A stretch of 63,629 bases of DNA, counting the filler, from Bigelowiella natans CCMP2755 (taxonomy: Eukaryota; Protista; Cercozoa): NCBI GenBank assembly GCA_000320545.1. It is 7 parts of 7 records of this genome, joined end to end, with 100 filler letters (N's around TTAATTAATTAA, not from the genome) between each part and the next. Parts side by side here need not be neighbours in the genome. Positions count along the whole stretch, not along the records: positions 45,880 to 53,660 come from ADNK01003332.1; positions 53,761 to 56,856 come from ADNK01002387.1; positions 56,957 to 61,872 come from ADNK01001662.1; positions 61,973 to 63,629 come from ADNK01000549.1; 3 more parts are not named here. One strand, 5' to 3'. Position 1 is the stretch's first letter; every line of letters begins with the position of its first letter. Made by a program: the position numbers and the translations under genes. This document shows positions 51,437-63,629 of the stretch, one piece after another. A model generated the notes under the pieces. That model had not been told where the DNA came from, did not search any database, and saw only the letters and a list, made by a program, of their open reading frames with translations.

Positions 51437-52293
51437 ATGGGATCTGTGTTGTTTGGGACAGCAGCAACAGGCTCCAGTGGGGGTTCTGATAGTAGAGGCG
51501 ATGGCCTAGCCCCTGACGCACAAAAGGCGAACATCTTTGACCCTAGCGCCATCAAAGCTGTGCTAGATCTGGCTACTGTTCAGGTTGACGCTTATTATTA
51601 TAGGACTGTAAATAATAGTAAGAAAGAAAACGCTACAGCATACACGGTGATGAGTAGTTGTTCCTTCTATCTTATGAGTTTAATTTTTGCAGGCTCTGAG
51701 GAAAACATACGAAGAGGATCATACGCATAGCAATTTGAAGTTAGCGATCGGTTTTCTTGCTTGCTTGGTTGGGATTGCTGCATATGTCTACCCGATTTCT
51801 TTTCCAGATAACAAGCAGTTCCTCAAGTGGTGTGTCATACTATACTTCGCATTCTCCTCGCTGATCCAAGCAATTAGTACAGTCTTCTTCCGAGATGTCA
51901 TTTTTGTGACTCAAGCAAAATCGGTAAAAAAGATGCTAATAGTGTAATGAAACTGTCTGATTGGTTTCTTCTGCTAATAGTTTCCAAGCGAGAAGGACCA
52001 TTTCTACATAAGGGTCATCAGTAAACTCCCTAGGTAATCCTAACAAATTCGATGCATAATTCGTAGAGAGAGTTCCAGTTCTAAATATATTGAATTTTAT
52101 AAGGTACGAGACGAAATACAGCTTGACTTTTACAGCGATTCTCAATGACAAACCGCATGGCTTCGAGCGTAGCTTTGACATCCAGAAGTATTTTGATGCT
52201 GAGGGATACTTTTACGAGAAAAGATACGGTTCCGAGGTGGAAAATTTTGTGCGTGATACGGTGAAAAACGCTGGCAAGAAGAAGGCTCAATAG
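51437..52293 (+). CDS. SPCS2: Signal peptidase complex subunit 2 (SPC25)
   Basis: IFDPSAIKAVLD, YEEDHTHSNLKLAIGFLAC, PISFPDNK..CVILYF, RYETKYSL, DIQKYFDAEGYF. Confidence 0.88.
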
Positions 52294-52949
52294 ATGTGGC
52301 ATTTTACATATCTACAAATCACCAACGCAGAACAAAGAAATTATTGTAATGGATGTTGGAAATCAACATCGTATATGCATGTAGCTAATGACTTGCATTG
52401 GTGATGAAAGAAAACATCTACGACACATGATGAGTTTATTTACTTATTGCGGCATCATGGACATCGACATATGCTGCTCTAATAAACTACGATGTGTTTA
52501 TCGGCTGCCATAGACTAGAGGCAGCACATCTCTGCTAGCGACAGCTGAGACGCACTAGCGCATCTGTTGAATGAATAAATTACATTCTGTCGATGATAGT
52601 CGTGTCATCCTAACAATGTAGCTAGCGCTAGACTAGGCAATGCTGCGGCTACAACACCAAGCACGTAATAAGTGTGTTTAATGCAACAGTGCTAGCATTT
52701 ACTAGTTTAGCTGCTAAAGTTATTGTGATTATAAACATTTATTGTGCCCAGCAGACATCTAGACATGCTCAATGTATATATAACAGGATGACCAACATGC
52801 GCACCAATTTGCTGCTAAACGTACACAGTAACAAGTATATGAACCTCTCTGCTCTCTGCTGCTTTATTACGTAGCATTTCCATTACACTGCTGTGTGCTT
52901 TCATCTGCTTCATTACGTAGCATTATTTCCATTACACTGCTGTGTGCTA

Positions 52950-55449
52950 TCATTCACTCAACGTACGACACCCTTCTAGCCTTCTATCTTCTGCTTCTTC
53001 TTGAAATAATCTATTGACGTCGGTTATGGGCTGAATTGAGTGGTCACACAGAACTATTGCACCTCAAATAGAAGTAATAATAACGCATTCAGTAACCGCC
53101 TTGATCCCCAAATATACGTTTAATTTCCTGTATAATATCACAAAGGAATGATATTAGAATCACAGCATCTGCTCTATTTACAGAAAGAAGACGATGACGA
53201 CGACGATGGCAATGATGGTGATGACGATGACAATGATGACGAATGATAGTGGTTATTCATATTTTATTTTAAAAATAGTGGTTTCTAATGTCATGTAGTA
53301 CCTCATTAAAAGGGTTGACACTGCCTATTGATTCTGGAAACTTAGCTTCAAGCCACTGCCAGATCTACAAAATAAGTGATTACATTATTATTATTATTCA
53401 TAATAATCTATATGTGTTTTTGTTTGTTAGCTAATTCGATAGATAAGAAATATATCATGCTCGACGTCGTTTTGGTTTCTCGCAACTGCTACTGGATAAG
53501 AAAGAACATAAACTCAATGACTCTTCAACTGGTTGCTACTGCTTCTTTTACAACTTCTAGTACTAGTATCTATTATTATCATTATCATTATATTTTATTA
53601 TTATCATCATTGTTATTATTGTTATTTCTGTCCCTCCTCCTCCTCCTCCTCCTCCTCCTTNNNNNNNNNNNNNNNNNNNNNNNNNNNNNNNNNNNNNNNN
53701 NNNNTTAATTAATTAANNNNNNNNNNNNNNNNNNNNNNNNNNNNNNNNNNNNNNNNNNNNGCCATTTTGCATTACATCGTTGGAAATATTCTTAGGCACC
53801 ATCTCATCATTTTAGACTGCAAGGGCATCAGAACTTGAGTCTTAGGCTTCTATGGCGATCTGGTTAAGGGGATAATTTCGAGTCGCACAATACAAGCTCA
53901 GGCCTCTTCGATGGTAGTCGGATGATATTTTTCTCCTCAGTCTTGAACGTCCCGATCGAGATAGGAATCTGCAAGGACTCTGAGGCTCCCCAGGAATATT
54001 TGCTTTCTTAAGCCAGTATAGCGTTCTGAGTCTTACGAACCCCGCCCGTGGTCCGTAAACATAGCCCTTATGTTTCTTTCGCTTACCTGACGGGCATACC
54101 CCTTCTGCCAGTGGACCTTCGACACAGTGAAAGAGTAACACTTTGTTTTCAGGGAAGGAGAGAAGGTTGCCAATCTGGGTAGTGTTAGAAAGAGAAAGAG
54201 AGAGACAGAGAGAGAGGGGGTGGGGGGGGGGGAGAGAGAGAGAGAGAATAACGGTCTTGTTTAAATCTTTGAAGTTTGACTTGACCATATCGATACACAA
54301 CAAAGCTCCTTGGAAGCTACAGAGCCACTACTACTACAACTACTACTACTGCTCCATGAGCTTTATCATATCCTTAGCCTCTCATCACCTGATGCTAAGG
54401 GCCGAGCAGAACGCCTGAGAAACGGTGTTCCTTCCATTTTTCGGAGCAGCTGCCTCCCCCTCGGCATGTTCTCCTTCCTCCTCATTCTCCTCGATGACAT
54501 CCACGGTGTTATTATACGTTCTTCGTAATAAAGTATTCGCAGCAGCAGCAGCAGCAGCAGCAGCAAGAGGAGGAGGAGGTGGAGGAGGAGGAGGAGGAGG
54601 ATCAGCAGCAGGAAACCCAGCAACAGCATACGCGTATATATGCATAATAAGCAGCGGTGAAGAATGACGATAACCTTCGACGACCACAGCGTCGCTTCCA
54701 TATTAGTGATATTAACAAACAGCAAAGATGACAGGGAAAAGCAACTTTATACCATCACACCTGTTTCTACATCACACCTGTTTCTGAAGGTTACTTCGGC
54801 CCCGTATTGAAGGCCTATTTTGACCAACGAGCTGGTACAAGCACAAGGAGGACAATATCATTACAGATGGGGAGGGGATGAGAGAGAGCAGGGGATCTAA
54901 TCGAGGGGAATCGTCATCATCATCACCGTAGTTTATCGACGTCATCGTAGCTCTCAATTGCCTCGTTAAGTCTCTGCAGGGCCTACGACCGATGCCATGC
55001 GTGATGATAAGAGGGAATTCAGGCAAGGGAGAAGGAGGGGGGACAAATATGATTGGAGATTAGGAGGAAGGTAGATTTCACGTGCTAATGCATGAGCACT
55101 CTTTCAAGCCGTTATCTCGCCATACATGTGGTGTGCTCATTAGTGCAGGAAGGGTTAGGAATGGAAACAACACCTTCGGAGCGGAGTTGACGTACCCGTT
55201 TATCATCTGCGATGGTTGACGCATGGGTGATGATGGTAGGGAGGACGAAGAAGAAGAAGAAGAAGAAGAAGAAGAAGAAGAGAGAGAGAGAGAGAGAGAG
55301 AGAAAAGGGATGAAAATGGTAAGGGTGAGATAGCGATGAGAGTGATTATGGATCCAAGGAGCGAGGGTTTGTTAAATCGATATTAACTTGTTGCATCAGC
55401 ATCATCATATATCTCCTATTTCTATACACACACACACGCGCGCGCTATT

Positions 55450-55515
<66 letters not shown>

Positions 55516-55907
55516 TGTGTATGACCGCCCAGTAGCGTTTTTCCTTATTCTTGAGCTCATTCGCAAGCGCTGAGAGGTTGTCGATTTGCCTATCTCTGAC
55601 TTGCCCCCTCTCCTTCCCCATCTACCGACCGGTGTAAGAAGAAAAGAAGAGGTACACGTGACGATGATATTACCACTTATGTACTATCATTTTCAAATCT
55701 CCCCCCCCTTTCCCTCCCTCTCTCCCATCTCCCTTTTATCGCCAGTACCTTCACAAAATAGTTGCGGTAGGCGGTAGCAGGCCCAGCAGCAATGGCGCAT
55801 GCGGGACCTATCAGAGAGCATAAAATCGATTAAGAAGAATTTTTATTAAACATTTCTCCTGAAGAGGCAATTCTCGGCTAATCACAAAACTTCTAGATTC
55901 TAAGATT

Positions 55908-55942
<35 letters not shown>

Positions 55943-56856
55943 CTTACCTTGGGTCATATCGTGAGCGTAGCTTGCAACCCCATCCTCAGGAGTGACTGAA
56001 GGATTCACAAGGGAGAGAGGCAATTAAATTGGGAGGGGAGGCGGGAGTCACACCACTCGCTCCAATAAATAAACGGCAAACCATAGCAACTACTGCGGCC
56101 AAGACGATAAAGCATAGAGGACTAAAAAAACTGCAGCCCCCTGATTATTTGAATCTCTCTCTCTCTCTCACCCGAGCCCCTTTAACCCTTTCACCCCCCA
56201 CCCCCCAATAAATATCTAACAGTAGCACCTGGAACATCCCGCCTTTACAGATCGACTCGCTGTGCAAGTTTAGAATGTCATTTGTTGTAATATGCCGCAC
56301 TTTCAGGTTGGTTTTCTTTCCGTCGCCTTTGGTTAAAAGTAATGAATATGGAGATGCAGCGCTAGCATGATAGATTAAAGTAGCAATAGTGGATTTGTGG
56401 GGAAGTATTATTGAGTTTCGACTTAAAAAGAGATTCAGAACGGAGGACAGCCACATACCTCCCTTTCTAATTTTGGCGACTTCTCGGCGTAGCGCCTACC
56501 ACAAAGCATGGGACAAGATCAGTAAGAGATAGATTAGAGAGGTCAGATCTTGAATTTTCTTCTCATCTCAGGTCATTCCTTTACCTGTAATGTTGGCGTC
56601 TCGAATTTGCCCACACCATATGATTTGTTGTTCTTCCTGCATATGTGCAGTTATGGTGGCATCGGAGCGTGACGATGGTACTTCTAGTCTCACACTAGAC
56701 AGATGAATACAGAGATATCGTATTTGTGGGCATGTGATCGAGGGGGGCGAATCTACCTAGAGATGATCTTTGTCTCATCGCTTGAAACTTTTAGGTACTT
56801 CTTCACCTTTGCGTACGAGGACTCCTACAAAGTGGCTCTTATACGATATGTCAAAT
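52950..56856 (-). CDS. Conserved uncharacterised protein (SQFNCL..VTPEDGV..TQGPACAIA..YRNYF type), multi-exon; 3' extent uncertain across gap
   Basis: Exons GGMFQ, SQFNCL..VNPSVTPEDGVASYAHDMTQ|GPACAIAAGPATAYRNYFVK, GQVRDRQIDNL, MINGYVN, VKIGLQYGAEVTF, TVSQAFCSALSI. Confidence 0.65.
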
Positions 56857-56956
56857 NNNNNNNNNNNNNNNNNNNNNNNNNNNNNNNNNNNNNNNNNNNN
56901 TTAATTAATTAANNNNNNNNNNNNNNNNNNNNNNNNNNNNNNNNNNNNNNNNNNNN

Positions 56957-58098
56957 GTCTCAATCGACACTGGGGTCCTCACCGTGGAGTCCGAGATAAA
57001 GTTCCATCCCTCTTCGTTGCGAACATAGGCGGTATAGTGCCTTCAACACCCAAGAAGAAGCACAATAAAGAAAGGAGAGAAATGGGGATGGGGGGGGGGG
57101 GGAGGGGCACAATGGAAGGAAAGAAGACCCATCGGCCACTTCAGCTACTGCTCTTTCTTTACTATCTCAAATTGGTGAAGATATCAATGAATTCGCATGG
57201 TTACTACCCCCCTGATAGGCTGCCTCCGTGGACAACGATCCCAACCAGCTTGTACCACCGCTCCTGCTCCTCCTCCAGAGGGACCGTTCTTGCTGCCCCC
57301 CCCCCCCCCCCGTTTTTGCGTTCATCGGGGCACAGAACGGCGTGATGTTCATCCTGCAGAGGATATATGAGATCATTCTCGCCGTGATGACAGCACGTAC
57401 GCACACGAATCAAGACGCAGTGGAGAATAGTAGGACGACTTCGTGAGAGAGGAACTAACTGCAGATACCCCACCTCATGTTGTTGACGACTTTAGTGCTG
57501 ATCTTGTACATGTTCTTCCCCTGCACGCACGCACGCACCCACGCACCGCCGCCACAACACAGACAATCCAACGAACGATGAAGCATCCCCGCAAGCGCAC
57601 CCAGATATGCAAACGTCATTATTCGCTGCTGCTACTGCTGCTGATGATGATGATGGTAGTTGTGGTTATTTGTCGTCGTCGTTGTCGTCGCAGTCGCAAT
57701 CGTCATCGTCATCGTCTACACATTTCATGCTAATGATCGCTGCAAAAAACTCACCCATCCAGCGTAGCGTTTCAGATGCAAGACCAAAACCTAGCCACAC
57801 GTGCACGGAATCAACGCATATGAACGTCTTAATTACTAACCCCAGAAGGGAGTTGTTCTTCTTCGCCCTCGCTCGCCCGCAGGTTGGCGGAAGCATATAT
57901 CGGCGTGTGGTCGTGAAGTAACACCGACCTTGGGAACGAAGCGGAGGTTGTCGCGCTTGGCTGCATCCCTGCCGAGATACTGAATCGCATTTCCCTTGGA
58001 ATCCTGACAAATATTGCAAAGTGCAACGATCAGAGGTCCATCTACGTCTGGCCCTTTTGCGCGCGCCTCTACATACGTGACCATGCATGATGCATGTG

Positions 58099-58176
<78 letters not shown>

Positions 58177-59445
58177 TGTAGAGAGGGAAACACTTCTATT
58201 TATATTTTTTATATATTTTTAAATTCGACTTTTTGTTCGCTGCACTTCTCGCAACGGTATCCTTTATATAGCACACAAACACACACACGCACACACACCA
58301 CCACACCAACACAAGTGCACACTTGAATATAAAGACATCTTCCACAAATGGCCAAATGAAAATTCTCAATTCCACCACATCTTACACCCCCCCCTCCACC
58401 CCCTCCTCTTTCGTATCTGTCTGTGTAATCGTTCCGATCGAAGAGAGGCATATACGACGGGAAATGACTAGAAGACTACCCACTTACCACTGAAAAAGTC
58501 CGTTTTTGTAAAGGCGGAAAGGCAATCAAGAATTGCTAATTAAAGAGCGAGCGAAAGCACATAACAATGGTCAGAAAGTCCACAAAAGCAACTTATCATC
58601 ATTTTATCGCTCGAAAAATGGACACTTTCCCTTTCGACTTTCCCACCCCCACCCGATTTTGCTCTCTGACTCAAAAACAGAATTCAAGGACACGGGAACG
58701 TGTTTTGGTGGATTACTCAAAGGTCGTTTCTTCATCTCCACCTCCAGATCGATGTCGTCATCCTCCACATTTATTGCCTAAAGCGCCGTTTGCAGTGGGG
58801 AGGAAAACATCGTTGTTTGTACGAGGAATGCGTTCCGGACGGGGAAAACGAGGGAGTCGAAACAAGAAGTGGCCATGCATTTGAATCAATGCCATGTGTG
58901 TTTGAGAGAACCACCTTCTTCTCATCGGCGTCATTGAACGTGATGGAATCTTTAGTGCGATAAAACAACGTCAAGCATGATCAGATACTAGTCAACACAG
59001 ACACACACGCACACACACGCACACGCGCGCACTCAGATACGCAAGCACGAGCATCATCGATCATATGAAACACGTACCAGTATTGCCCAGGGCCTCCCCA
59101 CCATGATAGATCTATAGGCGAATCCCCCGCACCAACAGAACGCAAGAGAGGGGCCAGTGAAAATAGAAGACGGCACATTTAAAACAAGGACCGCACTGCT
59201 CCGATTGACACAGAAAGACAAAGGCGTGCAGCTCGATTGATGCTCTAGGGTGTGATTTGAATGTCACTTACCGGCACAAAGCCCTCCCATTCCCCGCGCG
59301 TATTCGCCACACATTCGACCTGCCCACGGCATATACTTAGTATGGCAGAGCGCAAGGTTAGCGCCCAGGCTTTCACCGTAGGATGTATCATGGATATAAA
59401 ACTGCACACACACACGCACACACGCACACATGCACACATAAGAAG

Positions 59446-59485
<40 letters not shown>

Positions 59486-61157
59486 GAATTAGTTATCATG
59501 CCAGCTTTGATGATTTCCGGCACGAATGGCTTCTCAACACCCGTTTCATCGCATCTATCTCAATTGCAATTGCTATTGTTCGAGGGAATCGCTACATATG
59601 ATCACCGTTGTATCCGACGACGCCTTTATCGTGTTGTCGGAAGCTAAAAAGAAGGAGGTGGGAGGAGGGGGATAGTAGGTTCTTCGTGATGAGGAAATGC
59701 GGAGGACGAATTCGCTGTTCTCAAATTATGATCGTTCAAAGACACTGTAACCATTTGACGCATGTCCCTTCTAATCTCCCCACCTCCTGCTGGCCCAAAC
59801 CAGCTTCTCACCCTAACCCTACCCACCTGCGCATATGAAATACAGTCTCCCCTCCATTATTTCGACCCTCCACCTATTAGAAATCAGCACGCAGAGTGGC
59901 TTTACGGTTGACACGCCGTTGTACTTTTGGAGGTAGTGTAGCGGTAAGTAGTAGGTAGACGCAGCATAACCGCGTCTGACGACTGGTAAAAATACACGCA
60001 TTGTGCCCCCCCCTCTCCCACTCTGTTTGTCTCAATTTTCTGCTCATAGTAGGGGAGGAGGAAGCATGTTCAGGGCCTCAAGGGATTGCGAGCCACGTAC
60101 CGTTCCCATAAATCGCCTCTCTGTTTCTCCACAAATTTGCAGGTTCCCGTCTTAGCATCACACCTTCAGTAGTGGTGCAAACACATCGTCATCATAATCA
60201 TAACTATAATCGTGATCTGCAGCATCATCATCTTGCTTATACTTCATCGTTATTCAGTGTTTGTTGGGATACTGACCTCAAGATATGCTCTGCGGCTGCT
60301 TGTGTTGCAAGAAAGAAGAGAGTCCCGCTGCTTTTCTTAACGCCCCGCTTGTCCTTGCTTTTCAAATCGGGTGCTTTCCGAAGCACGAAGATGTGGTTGG
60401 GAGGGGGGTTCATATCCTCTTCATCTGGGAAGAAAATCATGGTCAATGCGCGAGGCAAACAAACTGATCCGAACGCTAGGAGTTATTCAAATAAAAATAA
60501 AATTAAGAAAACCTAAGATATCGAGCGAGGCAAGTGTGTGCTTCTCCGGATCCATGCCGAGCCGACGGCCGTGCGCATCCAACAGGCTCTGCGGAACGGA
60601 ATCGAGGTCGTTCGAAATAGCCCATATTACATCAACAGCAACAACAAATTAACAGAAACGCACAAGTGCCAACATCGTCTCTCACCATCTCAGACTTCTT
60701 AGAATCACTGAGCGTTATCGTCTTTCCCAGCTCTCTCCACTCCATCACACTGCCCGTCGCTACACCGGAGGGATCGGCTAATTCCACGTCGTTTGTGTTG
60801 GCTTCGGAATCTCCGCCATCGGCTTTCTTGCTAGGCAAGCCACTAGCTGGCCGCTTGTTCATACAGGCCTACGGAAGAGTGAATGCACTCGATCACGATG
60901 GAATCGCACACGCGCGCATGCGCATGCCCGCGCGCACGCACACAACAAACTCCGATAGCATTTTGAGGAAATCATCTTGCAGCGACCCATGCACCATGCA
61001 GCAACATCTGGGAACCTGGCACTGCTGATAGGAGTCGAAGTTGAGGAGCGTGCAGATCTTGCACGTCCACTTAGGCTTATACTCTCGACACGACGGGCAT
61101 GTGTCGTAGTCACATTTGCGGCAGCTGAGAATCAGTGATATGAGAGGGGAATGCAAA

Positions 61158-61236
<79 letters not shown>

Positions 61237-61260
61237 CTGCTTCAAATGGTATCCACGAAC
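56957..61260 (-). CDS. Ubiquitin-specific protease (USP/C19) C-terminal boxes, with upstream zinc-finger exons possibly of the same gene
   Basis: ILDCLSAFTKTD, GYRCEKC, MNITPFC, WYKLVGIVVHGGSLSG|GHYTAYVR..WNFISDSTV (His box). CRKCDYDTCPSC and WTCKICTLLN (RanBP2-like) at 61.0-61.13 kb. Cys box not located. Confidence 0.7.
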
Positions 61261-62498
61261 TCAAGATCTAAAAGGAAAGTGTCAAGATTGCCAACTCGCT
61301 CTTAACACCATATCGGCAGTCATTGTCTATGTTACCCGTAGTGAATGCCACCTTTGGCGATTTTAACCTGTGAAGAAAGGGGGGGGGGGAGAGGAGGGGG
61401 GGGGGCGTAGGGGATCCCGTTTCCTATGGAGGGGGGTTGAATTGGTACTTTTACGCCCTGTCCGAGGATTGGAGATCATTTTTTGACCTCACCCTGCCCG
61501 GGTGCTCTAACCTTGCACACATCGCACCACACTTTAGGGATTTATTTTTGCGGGATTTTCACAATGGTAGACTCCAAGACTAACCCAGTGCATGCATAAA
61601 AAACTTAGGAGTAACTTTGACGAGATTGTTTGGAAGCGCATCTCATTCGGATGTAACCCACTATGCTCTGATGATTGTAGACAACTTACTATGATGATGG
61701 CCTTGACTTGTTCCGCCGCACAGCTTGTCGTGAACAAGAAGATGCACCACAGTCGCGCGCATGCAACATGCAACTTTCACAATGCGCGATGTGCTGAAAT
61801 AACTTCTTGGTTCGTCACCTCCGCTCATTGCTTGTCATTTAGTGTACGAAGATACTCAAAGATATAGCTGAANNNNNNNNNNNNNNNNNNNNNNNNNNNN
61901 NNNNNNNNNNNNNNNNTTAATTAATTAANNNNNNNNNNNNNNNNNNNNNNNNNNNNNNNNNNNNNNNNNNNNACAGACTACTCCAACACAGTTTGCAGAC
62001 CGCCTGTTAAATCCCATATCTTTCCCGCAGTCCACATAAATGTCCCTGCATGACAATTCGCACGGCTTAGCGCACCTCCAATCATGATATATGTATCCCT
62101 GGTCGCGCCTCACCTTAAATAGGCCCCCCAAATTACCTAAAATACCTAAAAGCTACCTTTACCCAAAAGCTACCTATACCTTTAGGTTTTACACTCTAGA
62201 GAAATAAATAAATTTCATTTTGCTCAGATTTTGCGGGAAGACATATCGTGCGAATTATTAATTTTATTTTTTGAATTTTCACACAAGAAAGAGAAAGACT
62301 CTCCTTCCTTTCTCACACATTCCATATTCCACACTCATGTCCGCGATTGCACACTCTCAGCATGCACGCAATCAGTTCAACAACCCATCAGAAATGAAGG
62401 AAGCAATGAGGCGATTAACAAAAAACATGACGGGTAAATCTGATGCTTTTTGGCGAAGAAAAGGAAAATTTGCAGCGTGAACGCCGACAGCAAAGAAG

Positions 62499-63629
62499 AA
62501 ATCTCAACACCGCTTAAACAGCCTCTTCTTCTCGCTCTCCTGGAGGCTGTGGGCTGTGTACGAACGATCTACGGCGCCTAATGACTTACTTTAGGTAGTA
62601 ATCGATATAAATGAACTTCCCTTATACGAGTGATAACTCTGAACACAAATCTCAACTCGTACCTCCTGCAAAATCAGCCATTCTCCACGCCGCTTGAACA
62701 GCCTCTTCGTCTCGCTCTCCTGGAGGCTGTGGGCTATGTGCGAACGATCTACGGCGCCTAATAACTTACTTTAGGTAGCAATCGATATAAATGAACTTCC
62801 CTTATACGAGTGATAACTCTAAACACAAATCTCAACTCGTACCTCCTGCAAAATCAGCCATTCTCCACGCCGCTTGAACAGCCTCTTCGTCTCGCTCTCC
62901 TGGAGGCTGTGGGCTATGTACGAACGATCTACGGCGCCTAATAACTTACTTTAGGTAGTAATCGATACAAATGAACTTCCCTTATACGAGTGATAACTCT
63001 AAACACAAATCTCAACTCGTACCTCCTGCAAAATCAGCCATTCTCCACGCCGCTTGAACAGCCTCTTCGTCTCGCTCTCCTGGAGGCTGTGGGCTATGTA
63101 CGAACGATCTACGGCGCCTAATGACTTACTTTAGGTAGTAATCGATATAAATGAACTTCCCTTATACGAGTGATAACTCTAAACACAAATCTCAACTCGT
63201 ACCTCCTGCAAAATCAGCCATTCTCCACGCCGCTTGAACAGCCTCTTCGTCTCGCTCTCCTGGAGGCTGTGGGCTATGTACGAACGATCTACGGCGCCTA
63301 ATAACTTACTTTAGGTAGTAATCGATACAAATGAACTTCCCTTATACGAGTGATAACTCTAAACACAAATCTCAACTCGTACCTCCTGCAAAATCAGCCA
63401 TTCTCCACGCCGCTTGAACAGCCTCTTCGTCTCGCTCTCCTGGAGGCTGTGGGCTATGTACGAACGATCTACGGCGCCTAATGACTTACTTTAGGTAGTA
63501 ATCGATACAAATGAACTTCCCTTATACGAGTGATAACTCTAAACACAAATCTCAACTCGTACCTCCTGCAAAATCAGCCATTCTCCACGCCGCTTGAACA
63601 GCCTCTTCGTCTCGCTCTCCTGGAGGCTG
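62499..63629. repeat. Tandem array of 180-bp units (>6 copies, runs off window end)
   Basis: GCCTCTTC at 62521, 62701, 62881, 63061, 63241, 63421, 63601; only a few substitutions between copies. Confidence 0.97.

Noticed and set aside
52859-52953. Tandem ~46-bp duplication
   Set aside because: Two-copy local duplication with no sign of function.
62499-63629. CRISPR array
   Set aside because: Whole 180-bp units repeat with no unique spacers; eukaryotic context and no cas genes.

Overview
Intron-rich, microsatellite-rich eukaryotic (protist/algal) nuclear DNA in 7 contigs joined by N44-TTAATTAATTAA-N44 assembly linkers. About 18 host genes lie in an almost strictly alternating head-to-head / tail-to-tail layout: TRAPPC1, a PAN/apple secreted protein, TMEM14, PUS7/TruD, two renalase-like oxidoreductases, HCCS, a SAM protein, SKP1, an EGF-repeat protein, a SAM-AGC kinase, a sulfotransferase, a K+/CNG channel, a UBC12-like E2, SPCS2, a conserved SQFNCL..TQGPACA protein and a USP. 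There are two partial copies of one young Ty3/Gypsy-type LTR retrotransposon with identical 326-bp LTRs: a 3' end at 1-1622 and a 5' end at 26510-28694. The best candidate for a new system combines three observations. (1) The integrase has unusual D-X27-E spacing and ends in a degenerate DIRS/Dam-type N6-adenine-methyltransferase-like domain where other Gypsy elements carry a targeting chromodomain. (2) Every fully sequenced convergent intergenic spacer is a distinct CATG/TGCA/CTAG/AGCT-rich island. (3) Both retrotransposon copies are inserted at such islands. This suggests, by inference only, a marked terminator compartment read by a repurposed MTase fold for targeted integration. Also notable are an inverted PPT-U3 fragment templated into gag, a second internal PPT, two apparent pseudo-enzymes and a 180-bp terminal tandem array. 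All calls are by-eye motif recognition; no searches were run and exon boundaries are partial.
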